DNA of 20,000 nucleotides from Sarea resinae (taxonomy: Eukaryota): positions 46,313-66,312 of the forward strand of contig JAPEUD010000103.1 of NCBI GenBank assembly GCA_026026165.1. The letters run 5' to 3'. Below, one piece after another: positions 10,221 to 20,000 of the stretch. Position 1 is the first letter of the stretch; each line of letters begins with the position of its first letter. A model generated the notes under the pieces. That model was not told where the DNA came from. It saw only the letters and a program-made list of their open reading frames with translations, and made no database searches. The position numbers and the translations under genes were made by a program.

Positions 10221-11089
10221 CTATAATTCCCGCAGATACTTCCCCACCACCTCAACAACGACCTGATGGTCCTCCTCCTGCTTGAGCCCGCTCACGACGA
10301 TGACCCCGACGACTCCCTCGACGCCCTTGACCTTGACGGGGAACCCGCCACCATGGATGGCGTATTCGCCGGCGGCCGACGGGGACAGCATGTATTTGGC
10401 CGCAAAGGCGGCTTCGTTCCCGCTGAGCTTGTTGTGCATGTACCACGTGGACACGCCCCAGCGCAGCACGGTCTTGCGCTTGCGCGATACCCAGGTGTCG
10501 TTGTCGGGGGTTGTTCTAATAGGGGTGGTGCCGTTGGGCGGCCGGCGAGTTAGTTTGGGGACTGGCTGGGTCTGGGGGTGTGATGATGAGGATGGCCGGG
10601 GGTGGTGGTTGTTAAGGGTGGTTGGTTGGTGGGATGATTATGTGTGAGGGGGGGAGCAGGGGAGAAAGAATGTGGTTAAGGGGAAGTACGGCGGAGAAAA
10701 AAGCACGAACCCAGATCTCGAACAAGCATGATAGAGCAATTGATTCCCGTTGGCGAGCGAGATGTTCACGACGGCCGGCGCGTCGAAGTCGAGGAGGCGC
10801 CGCCGGAGCTGGCTCCCGATGTTGTAGGCATCGTCGGCCGTGAAGTGCGGGAATCGCAGGCTCGATTCAATATGGGAGATGGCGTCGAGCTGTTTGTTTG
10901 GGCTCGTGCGATGCCCGATGGCGTTAGTTTGGGTTATGCGTTATGTAGGCATGTATGTATGGGTCATGTATAAGGTGTGTATGTATGAATGGGCAGGGAG
11001 AGAGAGGTTTGTTTTGCATATTGATTGAGTGTAAAGGGGAGGCTTTTTGAGACTCCACGCACTTCTCGCGGCGGTTGAGCTAAGGCCAT
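10221..11089 (-). CDS. UPF0303 / YBR137W-like protein (GlcG/HbpS heme-binding-like fold), 166 aa; complement(join(10221..10515,10711..10889,11063..11089))
   Basis: Spliced protein MALAQPPRE-LDAISHIESSLRFPHFTADDAYNIGSQLR...LLYHACSRSG-TTPDNDTWVSRKRKTVLRWGVSTWYM...YAIHGGGFPVKVKGVEGVVGVIVVSGLKQEEDHQVV carries the family motifs (GTxPDNDxWxxRK, HGGGFP, VSGLxQxxDH). Introns GTGCGT..ACTAAC..CAG and GTTCGT..ACTAAC..TAG; 501 nt in frame. Confidence 0.92.
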
Positions 11090-11914
11090 TTTTTCCCTTT
11101 CTCTCTCTTGCTATTCCTGAAGAGCGGAGTCAAGTTCGACGCAAGGGATCGAGAGGTCCTCAAGGGCGGGAGAGAGGTCCAGTAGAGTGATTTCAGAAGA
11201 GCGGTATTGGGTCAGGGGGTGAGGGGTGGAAATGGGGATGTGAGAGGTGAGGAAAATCGCGCCGGACTGGACACTGCGGAGTGGTGGGGTCCAGTGGTGG
11301 GGTTGTTTGTTTTCTTAGTTCCGAAGCACCTCGTTTTAAGTCCGCTCTGGGTACTGTTGTGCGCTATTAATGGAACGACGGGGGGGTTGGCAGCTGGAAG
11401 ATGCCCCCAGAACATTATTTTTATTGTCTGACTATCTGCTTTATTCTTTATATTTCGGTCAGCTTTGGTTGTAGAAACGGGAGATGGAAGGTGTGCATCT
11501 ATTTAGATGCAATGGATGTGATATTGAGATCGATACAGGATCGGCATCTGACGTCGATGTGCATGGAATAAGTCTTGCGACCTAGTATTCTCGTTTCAGG
11601 CCTCTCGCTGTGACCGACTTCACCTCACTTTCCTTTTTGCGCCTTCGATTACTGTCATCTATATTCCTCTCCTTTGATTTACCTGACCTCTCTGATTCTC
11701 TTCTTCTATCCCATACACAAGGCATTGGCTATAGAGCTCCGAGTCTACCAGAATAATTATTTCTCTTATATATTATTGAGTCACTATACTATTGTAGCTA
11801 CTTCTCTATGTCTTACAATCTAATTGCAGACTATTTGATAAGACTTAACTTATCATCAGCAGTACACAATTGATCATAGTTGTATCACGTCCAAGGACAT
11901 CCTGACGCACACAC

Positions 11915-12320
11915 TTAGACGCAAATTTTACTGACAAGAGCATTGTTGCCTTGTAAAGCTTCTATAGTCAGAACCCCTGCAATAGACATGATCCTACTAA
12001 ATGTCCACTTTGAGTCAGATCTTGTAGAACGGCGTCTGCTACTAGAGTCTTGATTAGATTGCATAGCACTATCACTGTGTATCTCATATCTATCGAGATC
12101 CTGATAAGACTGCTATCAGGAGAAAGTGACACAAGACAAGTCAGAGGCAAGGAGGAAAAGGCCCCTGAAGAGATATTATAGAGCAAGGCAGTCACCACAA
12201 TCACAGCCGGGCTAGACAGAGTGACTAGGGCAAATATCAACGCGCCATAGAAGATAGTGAATCGAAGGAAAAGATGGAACAGACCAACCTTATTCACGAA
12301 GATGTTAGGCATGCGATAAT
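11915..12320 (-). pseudogene. Decayed 3' fragment of a monocarboxylate-porter (MCT/Mch-like) MFS transporter
   Basis: RMPNIFVNKVGLFHLF...LLYNISSGAFSSLPLTCLVSLSPDSSLIRISIDM...NLIKTLVADAVL resembles the MCT C-terminal helices as I recall them (PNxxADKxG, LYGxxSGAFxSLxP, IGxRxGM, LIGxPxAGAxL). The last helix (WTFSRIMSIAGVL...stop at 11915-11917) is in a different frame. No 5' half is present. Confidence 0.7.
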
Positions 12321-12435
12321 AGCCCGTTACAAGAACTAAGTCATTGCGCTGCAACGGTTTTGAACTCTTTTCTTGACGGTTCACAACTAAACTTGGTCAA
12401 GTTCAGAGTACCAAAAGGGACCCTTGTCTTTCATC

Positions 12436-14439
12436 ATGACATCCAGAACTCTCCCACATACAGTCTTCCAAACCCGTCGCACCGATGTTATCATCGTAGG
12501 TGCTGGGCCCGCTGGGTGCATGGCCGCAGCAACCCTGCAACGATATGACATCGAGTGCTCTCTGATCGACAAGCGTCCAACGCGAACGCAGACAGGGCAT
12601 GCGAGTGGTGCGTAGGACGGCCCTCTATGTCTCCAGATAGGGTTGACAGCCAGTTCTGATTCATGCATATTGTCATCTAGCTTTCCAACCTCGGACTCAG
12701 GAGATCCTGCAGACGATGGACCTGCGCCACGACCTTGACTGCAAGGGACACCGTCTCACCGAAACGTCATTCTGGAGGCACAATATCATCGGCAAACTGA
12801 TTCGAACCTTTGTGGGTGCTGAGGTAGTTCATCGTAAGTGCTGGACCCCTTAAAGCCTGCTGTGACCGACACCTAATCCAGCTGATCCGTCACAACAGCG
12901 ACCCCTTATAAGTACCTGTTCAATACCGATCAGGGAATCACGGAAGACACGTACGAAAAGTATCTCTCCTCCAAAGGCCAGAAGGTGCACCGCTTTATGG
13001 AGCTGGTCCATTTCGAGTACAACGACAACCATGAATGGCCGCTTACCGCATATATCAAGAACAACGTCTCCGGTGCCATTGAAGCTTGGTTGACTAAATA
13101 TGTACTGGGCTCCGATGGTGCGAGAGGCACCACGCGCAAGGTCACTGGAGTGCAGTCATCTTTCCAAGGCGGCGAGGATGTCTGGGCAGTGGCAGACGTT
13201 TACGTTGACACGGACTTCCCTGATTATCGACGACGGTGCGCCATTCGCACCCCCCATGGTGGCTGCATGTTGATCCCTCGTAAAGATGAGGGGCTTCGAA
13301 TCTTTTTACAGCTTGATGAGATCAATCAAGCACTCTTGAGCCCTGCGAACAGTCATCAGGGTCGAGATGCCCTTTGCGAGGATCGGGCCTATAAGCTGAC
13401 CCAAATTGTCCAATCGCATATCCACAAAGTGATTCATCCATTCAAAATGAACATCACGAAAATCGTTTGGATCAGCCAGTATCATGTCGCCCAGCGCGTT
13501 GTTGACCACTTCCATGACCAACGCCAGCGTGTTTTCCTCCTGGGGGACGCATGCCATACCCATAGCCCGAAGGCTGGGCAGGGAATGAACGTCAGCATTT
13601 CTGATGCATACAACCTCACTTGGAAATTGGCGCTCGTCATGAAAGGGGTCGCGAGCCGCAGTCTGCTCCTCACCTACGAACAGGAGAGGCTTCGAATCGC
13701 CCAGCAGCTGATCGAGTTTGACGCCCGCTTTGCCCGTCAGTTCGGACAGAGAGACCAACTCGACAGTCAAAACCTCCGTGATACATGGGAAGAAGGCCAC
13801 GGCTTTACCAGTGGATGTGGTTATGAATATCCTGCCAGCCCGATTGTTGACCCAGTGGTCCGGACAGAGATCAATAATCAAGCAGCAGAGCCACTGAAGC
13901 CAGGGAAGCGTCTGCTCCCAATTGATTTGATCCGGCACATTGATGGTACCCATGTCGGTCTGCTAGATGTCATGCCGTCCAATGGCAGGTTCCACTTGTT
14001 CGTCTTCGCCGGCAAGCAGCTCATTTCGTCCACGATCAAGGTACTGGCAGAAGCCCTCAATTCGCCTCAGTCCCCTCTCAACCTGTTCAATGGACTGCCG
14101 GTGGATCTCATGGGACCCTTCCGTCACGAGGATATAACGACGGCATCGGTGCCCGCCACCAACAAACAATATGTTATCGACCTCTTCTTGCTCCATTCGT
14201 CTGATCACTTGAGCGTACGACTTGAGAGCCTGCCAGCGCCATTCTCTACTCACTGGCCGACGAGGGTGTATCACGATGTCGAAGGTGCGGGCCACAAACA
14301 GTTGGGCGTTCCCGAGGAATCTGGTGCTTTGGTTGTGGTGAGGGCAGACGGCTACGTTGGAATGGTCACGGGCTTGGATCAGCTCGGAGACGTGATGGTT
14401 TACTTCCAGAGATTTCTCATCGCACGTATTCTGGCGTAG
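12436..14439 (+). CDS. FAD-dependent monooxygenase, phenol 2-monooxygenase (PheA/TfdB) family, 621 aa; join(12436..12607,12681..12833,12899..14439)
   Basis: Rossmann motif DVIIVGAGPAG, DG motif GSDGARG, GD motif RVFLLGDACHTHSPKAGQGMNVSISDAYNLTWKL, YEQER, and C-terminal thioredoxin-like domain ending ALVVVRADGYVG. Two GT-AG introns; 1866 nt in frame. Confidence 0.93.
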
Positions 14440-14721
14440 TAGGTAGTGCAAAAGGTCGCTTCCATGGTTTCTCTGTATTTGAAATTGCCTTCTCCAATAG
14501 TCTTTTCTGGTTCCAACCACAACAATGTAGGCCATCTTCACCGTAGCGATCAAGTGTTTCCTACCTTACTACCTGAGTAGTATGTAGATGCTGCCTCTTC
14601 GGGTACGAAGATACCTACCTGATCCGATCGATGTTGAGAACCAAACCGTCGAGGGCCAGTACTCGTACGAAGTACAGTGGTTACGCCTGTCCGATGGCGC
14701 AATCCGTTCTAACCTCTGATG

Positions 14722-14748
14722 GAGGCCATCGAGGCCATCGAGGCCATC
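14722..14748. repeat. Tandem repeat (GAGGCCATC)x3 upstream of the MFS gene
   Basis: Three perfect 9-nt units at 14722, 14731 and 14740. Confidence 0.85.
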
Positions 14749-15043
14749 ATTCTCCGCATTAGCTCAGGGCTAGAACTTCTCTACGCGGTAGACCAAAGCT
14801 ATCTTTCGGCCGTGGAGGGGGCCCTGCCAGGACAACATCATGATCACACTGAAATTGTGGGCATCATCTAGTACGTCACGGTAAAATCGGCATGGCTCTG
14901 GTCAAGTCGAATATTGGCAGATGGCCTTGACATTTATGTGCCTCTGTCGCCTCGTGAGAATGGCATCAATTGAAATTCCGTCAAACAGCCTACGGACAGC
15001 CTTTCTGTGTCTTTTCTGTGTGTTCGTGGGCCACATGTGAGAT

Positions 15044-16792
15044 ATGCAGTCCGTCCGGCAATACCGCCAGCTGCGCGACCGCATTGAAGACGAGAGCAGG
15101 ACTCTCCCTTCTCCCCATTCAGCATCTCCAAGTCCAAGCCCAAGCCCTGGATGGCTAGAAAGCCAGTCTGATGCTCATGCTGGTAACGTCGTGCCGTCCA
15201 AGGGCAACGTGGAAAACGACCAACCCATTCCCGTTGAATGGGACGGCCCTAATGACCCCTTGAATCCACGAAACTGGACTTTGGCGCGGCGCTCGTGGGT
15301 TTTCATCATCCTCTGGATCAACGTCTTCGCTGTCGATTGGGCATCGTCGGCCGACTCGCAAGCTGGCAAAACGATTGCCAAAGAGTTTCATGTCAGTGAG
15401 GAAGCAGAAGCGCTCTCGCCGAGTCTCTACACGTTTGGCATTGCGTTCGGAGCGCTGTTTGCAGGCCCGATTGCCGAGACGGTGGGACGCAATCCCATTT
15501 ACGTCTTGTCGAGATGTCTACATGTCGTCTGGCTTTTAGGTGCAGCGTTGGCTCCGAACTTTGGGGCCCAATGCGTCTTCCGTCTTTTCGCGGGCCTTTC
15601 TGCTAGCATCCTGCTGGCGATTCATGCTGCCAGTATTGCGGATATCTTCGGTCCCCTGGAACGGACGGTGGCGTGGCCTCTGATCGCGCTGGCCTCTTTC
15701 TGGGGTATGTGTTCTGTATCACTGCTGAGAGCGGCCGCAGATCGGATCGACTAACATTTTATGGCAGGCACGGCTTTCGCGCCCGTCGCCGGTGCATGGA
15801 TAGAACAATCGGATATCGGCTGGCGCTGGACAGAGTGGATTGCATTAATACTGTCCGGCTCAACCCTGATACTAACTCTCTTCTGCCTTCCTGAAACATT
15901 CTCTCCGATCCTCCTCTCGTGGAAGGCTGCACATCTTCGTCGTGTCACGGGAGACAACCGTTACAAAGGAGAGCTTGAATTTCAAGATACTCTTCAACAA
16001 CGTTTCAAAGTTGCTCTTGCCCGAGCATTCCACATGCTCACCCGCGAACCTGTCGTGGTGCTACTCGGCGGATGGCTAGTCGTCGAGTACATTGTCGTCT
16101 TCGGATTTCTTCAGGGGTTCACTTTCATCTTCGGTGACACCTATGGCTTCAAACGTGGTCTCATAGGGACTTCCTTTTGCGCTATCGCCATTGGTTGCGC
16201 ATTATGGACGAGCTCTATCCCTTTCTACTACCATTACTACAAGAAGAACGTCGCCAAGATCCACGACGAACGGACGGGCGGGTGCGAAAAATCGGAGATG
16301 AAGAAAGCCAACTCGCCGGGGACAGATCTTCCACAACCGGAATATCGCCTCTGGTCTGCCGTCCTTGCTGCTCCTGCTTTTCCAATCAGTCTTTTCTGGC
16401 TCGGGTGGACGAACTACAAGTCGATATCTCCATGGCCAGATCTCGGCGCTGTGGTACTACTCGGATTCTCCTGGGCTGGAATCTATGTCACAGTCTACCA
16501 GTATATTTTGGACGTCTACGGCATTTACGCAGGTAGCGCCCTCGCGATTATCACTTGCTGGAGATATCTGGCGTCTGGCGCCATCAATATGATCTCAAGG
16601 CCGATGTATAATGGCATAGGTGTGCATTGGACAGCGACGCTGCTCGGGTGTCTTGCATTGCTCTTGATGCCGGCTCCGTTGGTCTTCTATCATTTTGGAC
16701 CGACTATCAGAAGGAAGAGCACGTTTGCAAATAGATACAGCCGGCCTGGAAACCCCAGACTTCGGGTTGGGGAAGCTACAGGGTGGCGCTAA
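15044..16792 (+). CDS. MFS transporter, DHA1 (drug:H+ antiporter-1) family, 561 aa; join(15044..15704,15768..16792)
   Basis: VEWDGPNDPLNPRNW, GPIAETVGRNPIY, FRLFAGL, GWRWTEW, LPETFSPILLSWKA and PEYRL are DHA1 signatures, with multiple hydrophobic helices. Intron GTATGT..ACTAAC..CAG; 1686 nt in frame. Confidence 0.93.
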
Positions 16793-17268
16793 GTAATCAA
16801 AATGCCGTATATGACTATATGAAATCTTGGAAATTACCTGAGAGGCCATGGTCACATAATCCAGCAACTAAGGCTACCAAATGTGGCGGGCCTTTGCGTC
16901 TGAACCTTGGTTTTAAGTGTAAACAAAGTTCGACGTAATCATACCAGTATCACCCTCAGTGGTCCTTCAGTATAAATATAATTGTTTCAGAACATTGGTC
17001 TCATGGCCATAGCAAGTCATGACGACGGTAGACTATATCTCTTTGGCCCTTTTGAAGGTCTGGAATGATTTCGCGAAATTCAACCCCAACTACCTATAGA
17101 TAGCCCCGCCCGAGTCCTGACGCCAAGAAGCTCGAGTGCCATCCATGATCGAAGAAAACACATCCTGAGATATTCTTCGTCTTTCATGTCAACGATGAAT
17201 TTATCTCGATAGTCCCCCGCCATCGACTCTCCTTTCCGAACGGGGGCAGAACACGAGTGCACATGAAC

Positions 17269-18960
17269 ATGGATCCATTCGTTGAGGCCGAGAAGCTCGA
17301 CCCCGCGGTACCTTTTCGCGCCGTCGCAGATCACATCCATCACACCTGGGCCCTCACCTTCCACTCACATCCAGAACTGCTCATTCGCCCTCGGAATACA
17401 GAAGAAATAAGAAAGATTGTCAACCTTGCTCGCAGATGTCGTCGTCGCATCGTCGTCGTCGGCTGCGGCCATTCGCCCAGCGATCTGACGTGCACCTCGT
17501 CATGGGCGGTCAATCTCGACCACTTCAATCGCATGCTCTCGGTCGACAAGAACACGAACACGGCCGTGCTAGAGAGTGGCATCCATCTTCATGAGATAGG
17601 GAAGGAATTGGCAAATGTCGGGCTGGGCATGCCAAATCTAGGAAGCATTGATCATCAATCAATCGCTGGAGCGATTGGCACAGGCACCCATGGGAGCTCC
17701 CTTCGGCATGGACTGATCAGCCAATCGGTCGTGGGCCTCAAGATCATGCTCGCAGACGGCACCGAAGTGTCTTGCAGCAAAGGGCAGAACGAGGACCTCT
17801 TTCGAGCTGCCCTGCTCTCTCTCGGCGTCCTCGGCATCATCACCGAAGTGACCTTCCAAGCCGTCCCCCACTTCAACATCGAATGGAACCAGTCTCTGCA
17901 GCCCCTGGACAAGATCCTCTCGGATTGGGAAACGAACCTCTGGACCGAGTCCGAATACGTCCGCGTCTGGTGGCTGCCCTATCTGAAAAAGGCCGTCCTC
18001 TGGAAAGCCGACAAGACGACCGCCCCTATGCGCCCTCCGAAATTCAACTGGTACGGCGGCAACGTTGGCTTCCACACGTACCACATTCTCCTTTATATCT
18101 CCACCTGGATCCCTAGCCTCCTTCCTACCGTCGAGTGGTTCGTCTTCGGCATGCAATACGGCTTCAAAGATAACACTGGCACCTCGGCGGTCGAAGACGG
18201 CCACTCGGGCCTCATGATGGACTGCCTCTTCTCGCAATTCGTCGACGAATGGGCGATCCCACTCTCCAAGGGTCCCGAAGCCATCTCACGCATCTCGACC
18301 TGGCTCCACGGCGACCAGGATCAGACGTCTGGCATCCCCTTCGACCCCAGGGGGCTCTACGTGCACTCGCCCATCGAAGTGCGCGTCTCGGACCCGTCGC
18401 GCTTCGCCGCCTCGTCGCCGCAGCCCTACCTCGACATCTCGGTCCCGGACGGCCCCACTCTCTACCTGAACTTTACCCTCTACCGCCCCTTCCACACCGA
18501 CCCGCCCGGCCTCGCCCGCTACTACGAAGCCGTCGAGTGGCTGATGAAGTCCCTCGGCGGCCGCCCGCACTGGGCCAAGAACTTCGCCACCGTCTCCAAG
18601 CGCGACATCCACGCCATGTATCCCGACACGCTGCCCGCATTCCTCGCCGTCCGCGACGCCGTCGACCCAGACGGCATGTTCGTCGGCGCCTGGCACCGCC
18701 GCACCATCCTGCCGGACTTGGACGCCTTGCCGCCGCTGCCGCTCGAGGAGCGCGAGAAGCGCCGGTTCGCGGCGGGCGCCCGGGCCGGCGGCGGCGTCAA
18801 CTGGCTCGGCGAGAGCGCCGTCGGCGACGTCGCCGCCGCTCCCGTCGCCGATCCCGACGCCTTTGACCGCCATCGCGAACAGGCCGCCCGCGCCGAGGCG
18901 CACATCAGGGACGTTGGGCGCGAGGAAAAGTTCTCGACGGCGCAGGGACTGTTTGCGTAG
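17269..18960 (+). CDS. ALO1: D-arabinono-1,4-lactone oxidase (alternative start at 17263)
   Basis: HHTWALTFHSHPEL, VVGCGHSPSDLTCTS (covalent-FAD His), NLGSIDHQSIAGAIGTGTHGSS, SLGVLGIITEVT, EYVRVWWLPY, PIEVRVSD and GGRPHWAKNF. Intronless ORF. Confidence 0.93.
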   Translation: MDPFVEAEKLDPAVPFRAVADHIHHTWALTFHSHPELLIRPRNTEEIRKIVNLARRCRRRIVVVGCGHSPSDLTCTSSWAVNLDHFNRMLSVDKNTNTAVLESGIHLHEIGKELANVGLGMPNLGSIDHQSIAGAIGTGTHGSSLRHGLISQSVVGLKIMLADGTEVSCSKGQNEDLFRAALLSLGVLGIITEVTFQAVPHFNIEWNQSLQPLDKILSDWETNLWTESEYVRVWWLPYLKKAVLWKADKTTAPMRPPKFNWYGGNVGFHTYHILLYISTWIPSLLPTVEWFVFGMQYGFKDNTGTSAVEDGHSGLMMDCLFSQFVDEWAIPLSKGPEAISRISTWLHGDQDQTSGIPFDPRGLYVHSPIEVRVSDPSRFAASSPQPYLDISVPDGPTLYLNFTLYRPFHTDPPGLARYYEAVEWLMKSLGGRPHWAKNFATVSKRDIHAMYPDTLPAFLAVRDAVDPDGMFVGAWHRRTILPDLDALPPLPLEEREKRRFAAGARAGGGVNWLGESAVGDVAAAPVADPDAFDRHREQAARAEAHIRDVGREEKFSTAQGLFA

Positions 18961-19400
18961 AAGGTAGAGTGGTGCACGCATACATGCACACGCACTTAAC
19001 ACTTAATAGGCCCCAAGCTTTCTGGAAAGAAAAGGGAGAAAGAAAAACAGGGGAAAGGGGAAAGCAAGCGCAGGCTTTTTCCGGACTCTCCATTCCAAAG
19101 CGCCATGTGTCATTGTTCCTTGTTCCAAAGCCCTTGTCATTGTCTCACTCGGTCACTAGTGGTCCATCCCGCGGGGACGGGGAAACTCTGCTCTTCTCCT
19201 CGCTCCTTTTGGTATTTCGATCTTTGCGAGGTCGTTTTTTTGTTTTTTTTGGTCTTTCAAAAGGGGCTTTTGTATGAGGATGGATATCTTCTTAGCTATC
19301 TATCTGTCTTAGCTACCTGATCTACTCGTCTACATACATAGCTTAGCTACGTGTCTTACATACTCGTACGTACATGGCTTGCCTGCCAGGTCTGTGTCAT

Positions 19401-19442
19401 GGGGTCTACCTTACGGGGTCTACTTTACGGGGTCTACCTTAT
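19401..19442. repeat. Tandem 14-nt minisatellite x3 (GGGGTCTACYTTAY)
   Basis: Units at 19401-19414, 19415-19428 and 19429-19442. Confidence 0.85.
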
Positions 19443-19461
19443 CAAGTCTATAGCCGCAGGC

Positions 19462-19473
19462 GTAGCCGTAGCC

Positions 19474-19507
<34 letters not shown>

Positions 19508-19523
19508 CCGTAGCAGTAGCAGC
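19462..19523. repeat. (GCA)10 microsatellite with degenerate GTAGCC/GTAGCA flanks
   Basis: Perfect (GCA)10 at 19474-19503. Confidence 0.9.
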
Positions 19524-19751
19524 GTCACAAGAACTATTTCTCCAATCTCACCACTGGCGAAAAAAAGGCCGTACGCAACGAGCGTTGCACTTCGCTTCGA
19601 TAGCTAGATAGATACATAGCTAGATATACCTAAAATTATCTAGATACACATACACAGATACACGTATGTACGTAGGGACGTAGGGAGAGATAAATGTACA
19701 AGAAATAAAAAGAGACACAAGAGGGCTGGTGGGTCGGGGTTCGGGTGAGGA

Positions 19752-19781
19752 TTGAGGTTGAGGTTGAGGTTGAGGTTGAGG
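19752..19781. repeat. (TTGAGG)5 microsatellite
   Basis: Five perfect units seen directly. Confidence 0.88.
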
Positions 19782-19970
19782 AGGGGAGCAAGAGGGAAAA
19801 GGGAAAAAGGGGCCTGTGATGGGAATGGAGGGAAGAGGGGACGGATGGAGGTGAGAGCGAGTTTGGGGGTTTCTATATCTTTTTCTCTTCTTCGTGCATC
19901 GTGGTCTCGTATCTGTATGCGGGGGGCGGATGTGTTAGTCTTGATGATTGGCCTGGCGAATGGAAGAAAA

Positions 19971-19990
19971 GGGGGGGGGGGGGGGGGGGG
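19971..19990. repeat. Poly-G tract (20 nt)
   Basis: Seen directly. Confidence 0.85.
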
Positions 19991-20000
19991 AAGGGGGAAA

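Noticed and set aside
10516..11062. Stwintron (nested intron) or intronic snoRNA in the long UPF0303 introns
   Set aside because: No internal donor/branch/acceptor set that rebuilds an external splice site, and no C/D or H/ACA architecture seen.
13306..14553. 215-aa and 196-aa minus-strand ORFs
   Set aside because: Antisense shadows of the monooxygenase.
18249..19002. Long overlapping ORFs (205, 238 and 157 aa)
   Set aside because: Explained by stop-codon depletion from high GC in the ALO1 3' half.
19351..19611. Poly-Ala / poly-Ser ORFs
   Set aside because: Translations of the (GCA)n microsatellite and the 14-nt minisatellite.
19752..19781. Interstitial telomere repeat
   Set aside because: The unit is TTGAGG, not TTAGGG.

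Overview
Intron-containing filamentous ascomycete (Pezizomycotina-type) genomic DNA. From left to right: 3' exon of PAN3 (+); a 924-aa F-box protein (+); an intergenic region holding four copies of a 23-nt hairpin-forming repeat; fibrillarin NOP1 (-) head-to-head with ribosomal protein RPL17/uL22 (+); a UPF0303/YBR137W-like GlcG/HbpS-fold gene (-); an accessory block made of a decayed monocarboxylate-transporter fragment (-), a phenol-hydroxylase-type FAD monooxygenase (+) and a DHA1 MFS transporter (+); D-arabinono-1,4-lactone oxidase ALO1 (+); then microsatellite-rich DNA. Gene models were built by hand from GT/AG and branch-point signals and all give in-frame totals. The least explained signals are the 23-nt hairpin repeat array (5910-6168), a possible two-state RNA structure at an RPL17 5' splice site, a box C/D-like motif in a fibrillarin intron, and the transition-riddled transporter relic next to the monooxygenase start. 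No database searches were run; family calls come from motif recognition.
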